A stretch of DNA of 54,028 nt from a virus (lineage: Duplodnaviria; Caudoviricetes): the IMG/VR virus record IMGVR_UViG_3300021137_000021, positions 1 to 54,028 of that record; one strand, given 5' to 3'. How positions within the stretch are numbered: the stretch's first letter is position 1; the number at the start of each line of letters is the position of its first letter. A program made the translations under genes and the position numbers. The notes under the pieces were generated by a model. The model was not told the origin of the DNA and searched no databases. It saw only the letters and a list, made by a program, of their open reading frames with translations. Positions 53,824-54,028 of the stretch are shown piece by piece.

Positions 53824-54028
53824 CTAATTCGTCTCGGCTATGACCACACTTTGGTCAGTTATGAGCCCTAGACCGTAAATTGCGTACCAAGCAAGTGCAT
53901 GCTCACGACCGAAGTCCAAGATACCACCATCACGAAGCTCAACTGGAAGTGAGATAGCGTGACCGAATGCGTTGTCTCCAATGAAGATAGCTGAGTAGCG
54001 ATCGTTTGAACCGTTACCTGTAGCTGTT
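53824..54028 (-). CDS. Major capsid protein, N4-gp56 family, C-terminal fragment (not in ORF track)
   Basis: ...YSAIFIGDNAFGHAISLPVELRDGGILDFGREHALAWYAIYGLGLITDQSVVIAETN*. Confidence 0.85.
   Translation of the reverse strand, partial: TATGNGSNDRYSAIFIGDNAFGHAISLPVELRDGGILDFGREHALAWYAIYGLGLITDQSVVIAETN

Noticed and set aside
1-54028. tRNA/rRNA genes or stop-codon reassignment
   Set aside because: Intergenic gaps are short with no cloverleaf seen; TAA, TAG and TGA all terminate full-length genes.

Overview
A 54 kb slice of a myovirus-type tailed phage genome, with essentially all real genes on the minus strand. Two WhiB genes and several apparently leaderless starts point to an actinobacterial host; the moderate GC (judged by eye) fits low-GC freshwater lineages. 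In transcription order (right to left) it holds: the C-terminus of an N4-gp56-type major capsid protein; a free-standing endonuclease-VII-type homing endonuclease; a neck/adaptor gene; a ~17.5 kb block of fibre/receptor-binding genes; a head-closure gene; six tiny lysine-rich genes (five missed by the ORF track); a contractile-tail and baseplate module; and a complete replication/recombination module (initiator, DnaC-like loader, DnaB, DnaG, dNMP kinase, HNH, SNF2, SSB, PolA, RecA, resolvase, Cas4-like nuclease). The most unusual structure is a tandem array of five [receptor-binding protein + ~55-aa partner] units at 37.3-44.6 kb. Their variable parts are bounded by short conserved DNA blocks and are almost free of 4-bp palindromes that are common in the backbone, which suggests exchangeable host-range cassettes. 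Other points of interest: a Cys/Tyr-rich fibre with accessory genes, a candidate +1 frameshift, hairpins displaying anti-Shine-Dalgarno loops, and an RBS-sequestering hairpin on the homing endonuclease. All annotations come from motif recognition and manual translation, without database searches.
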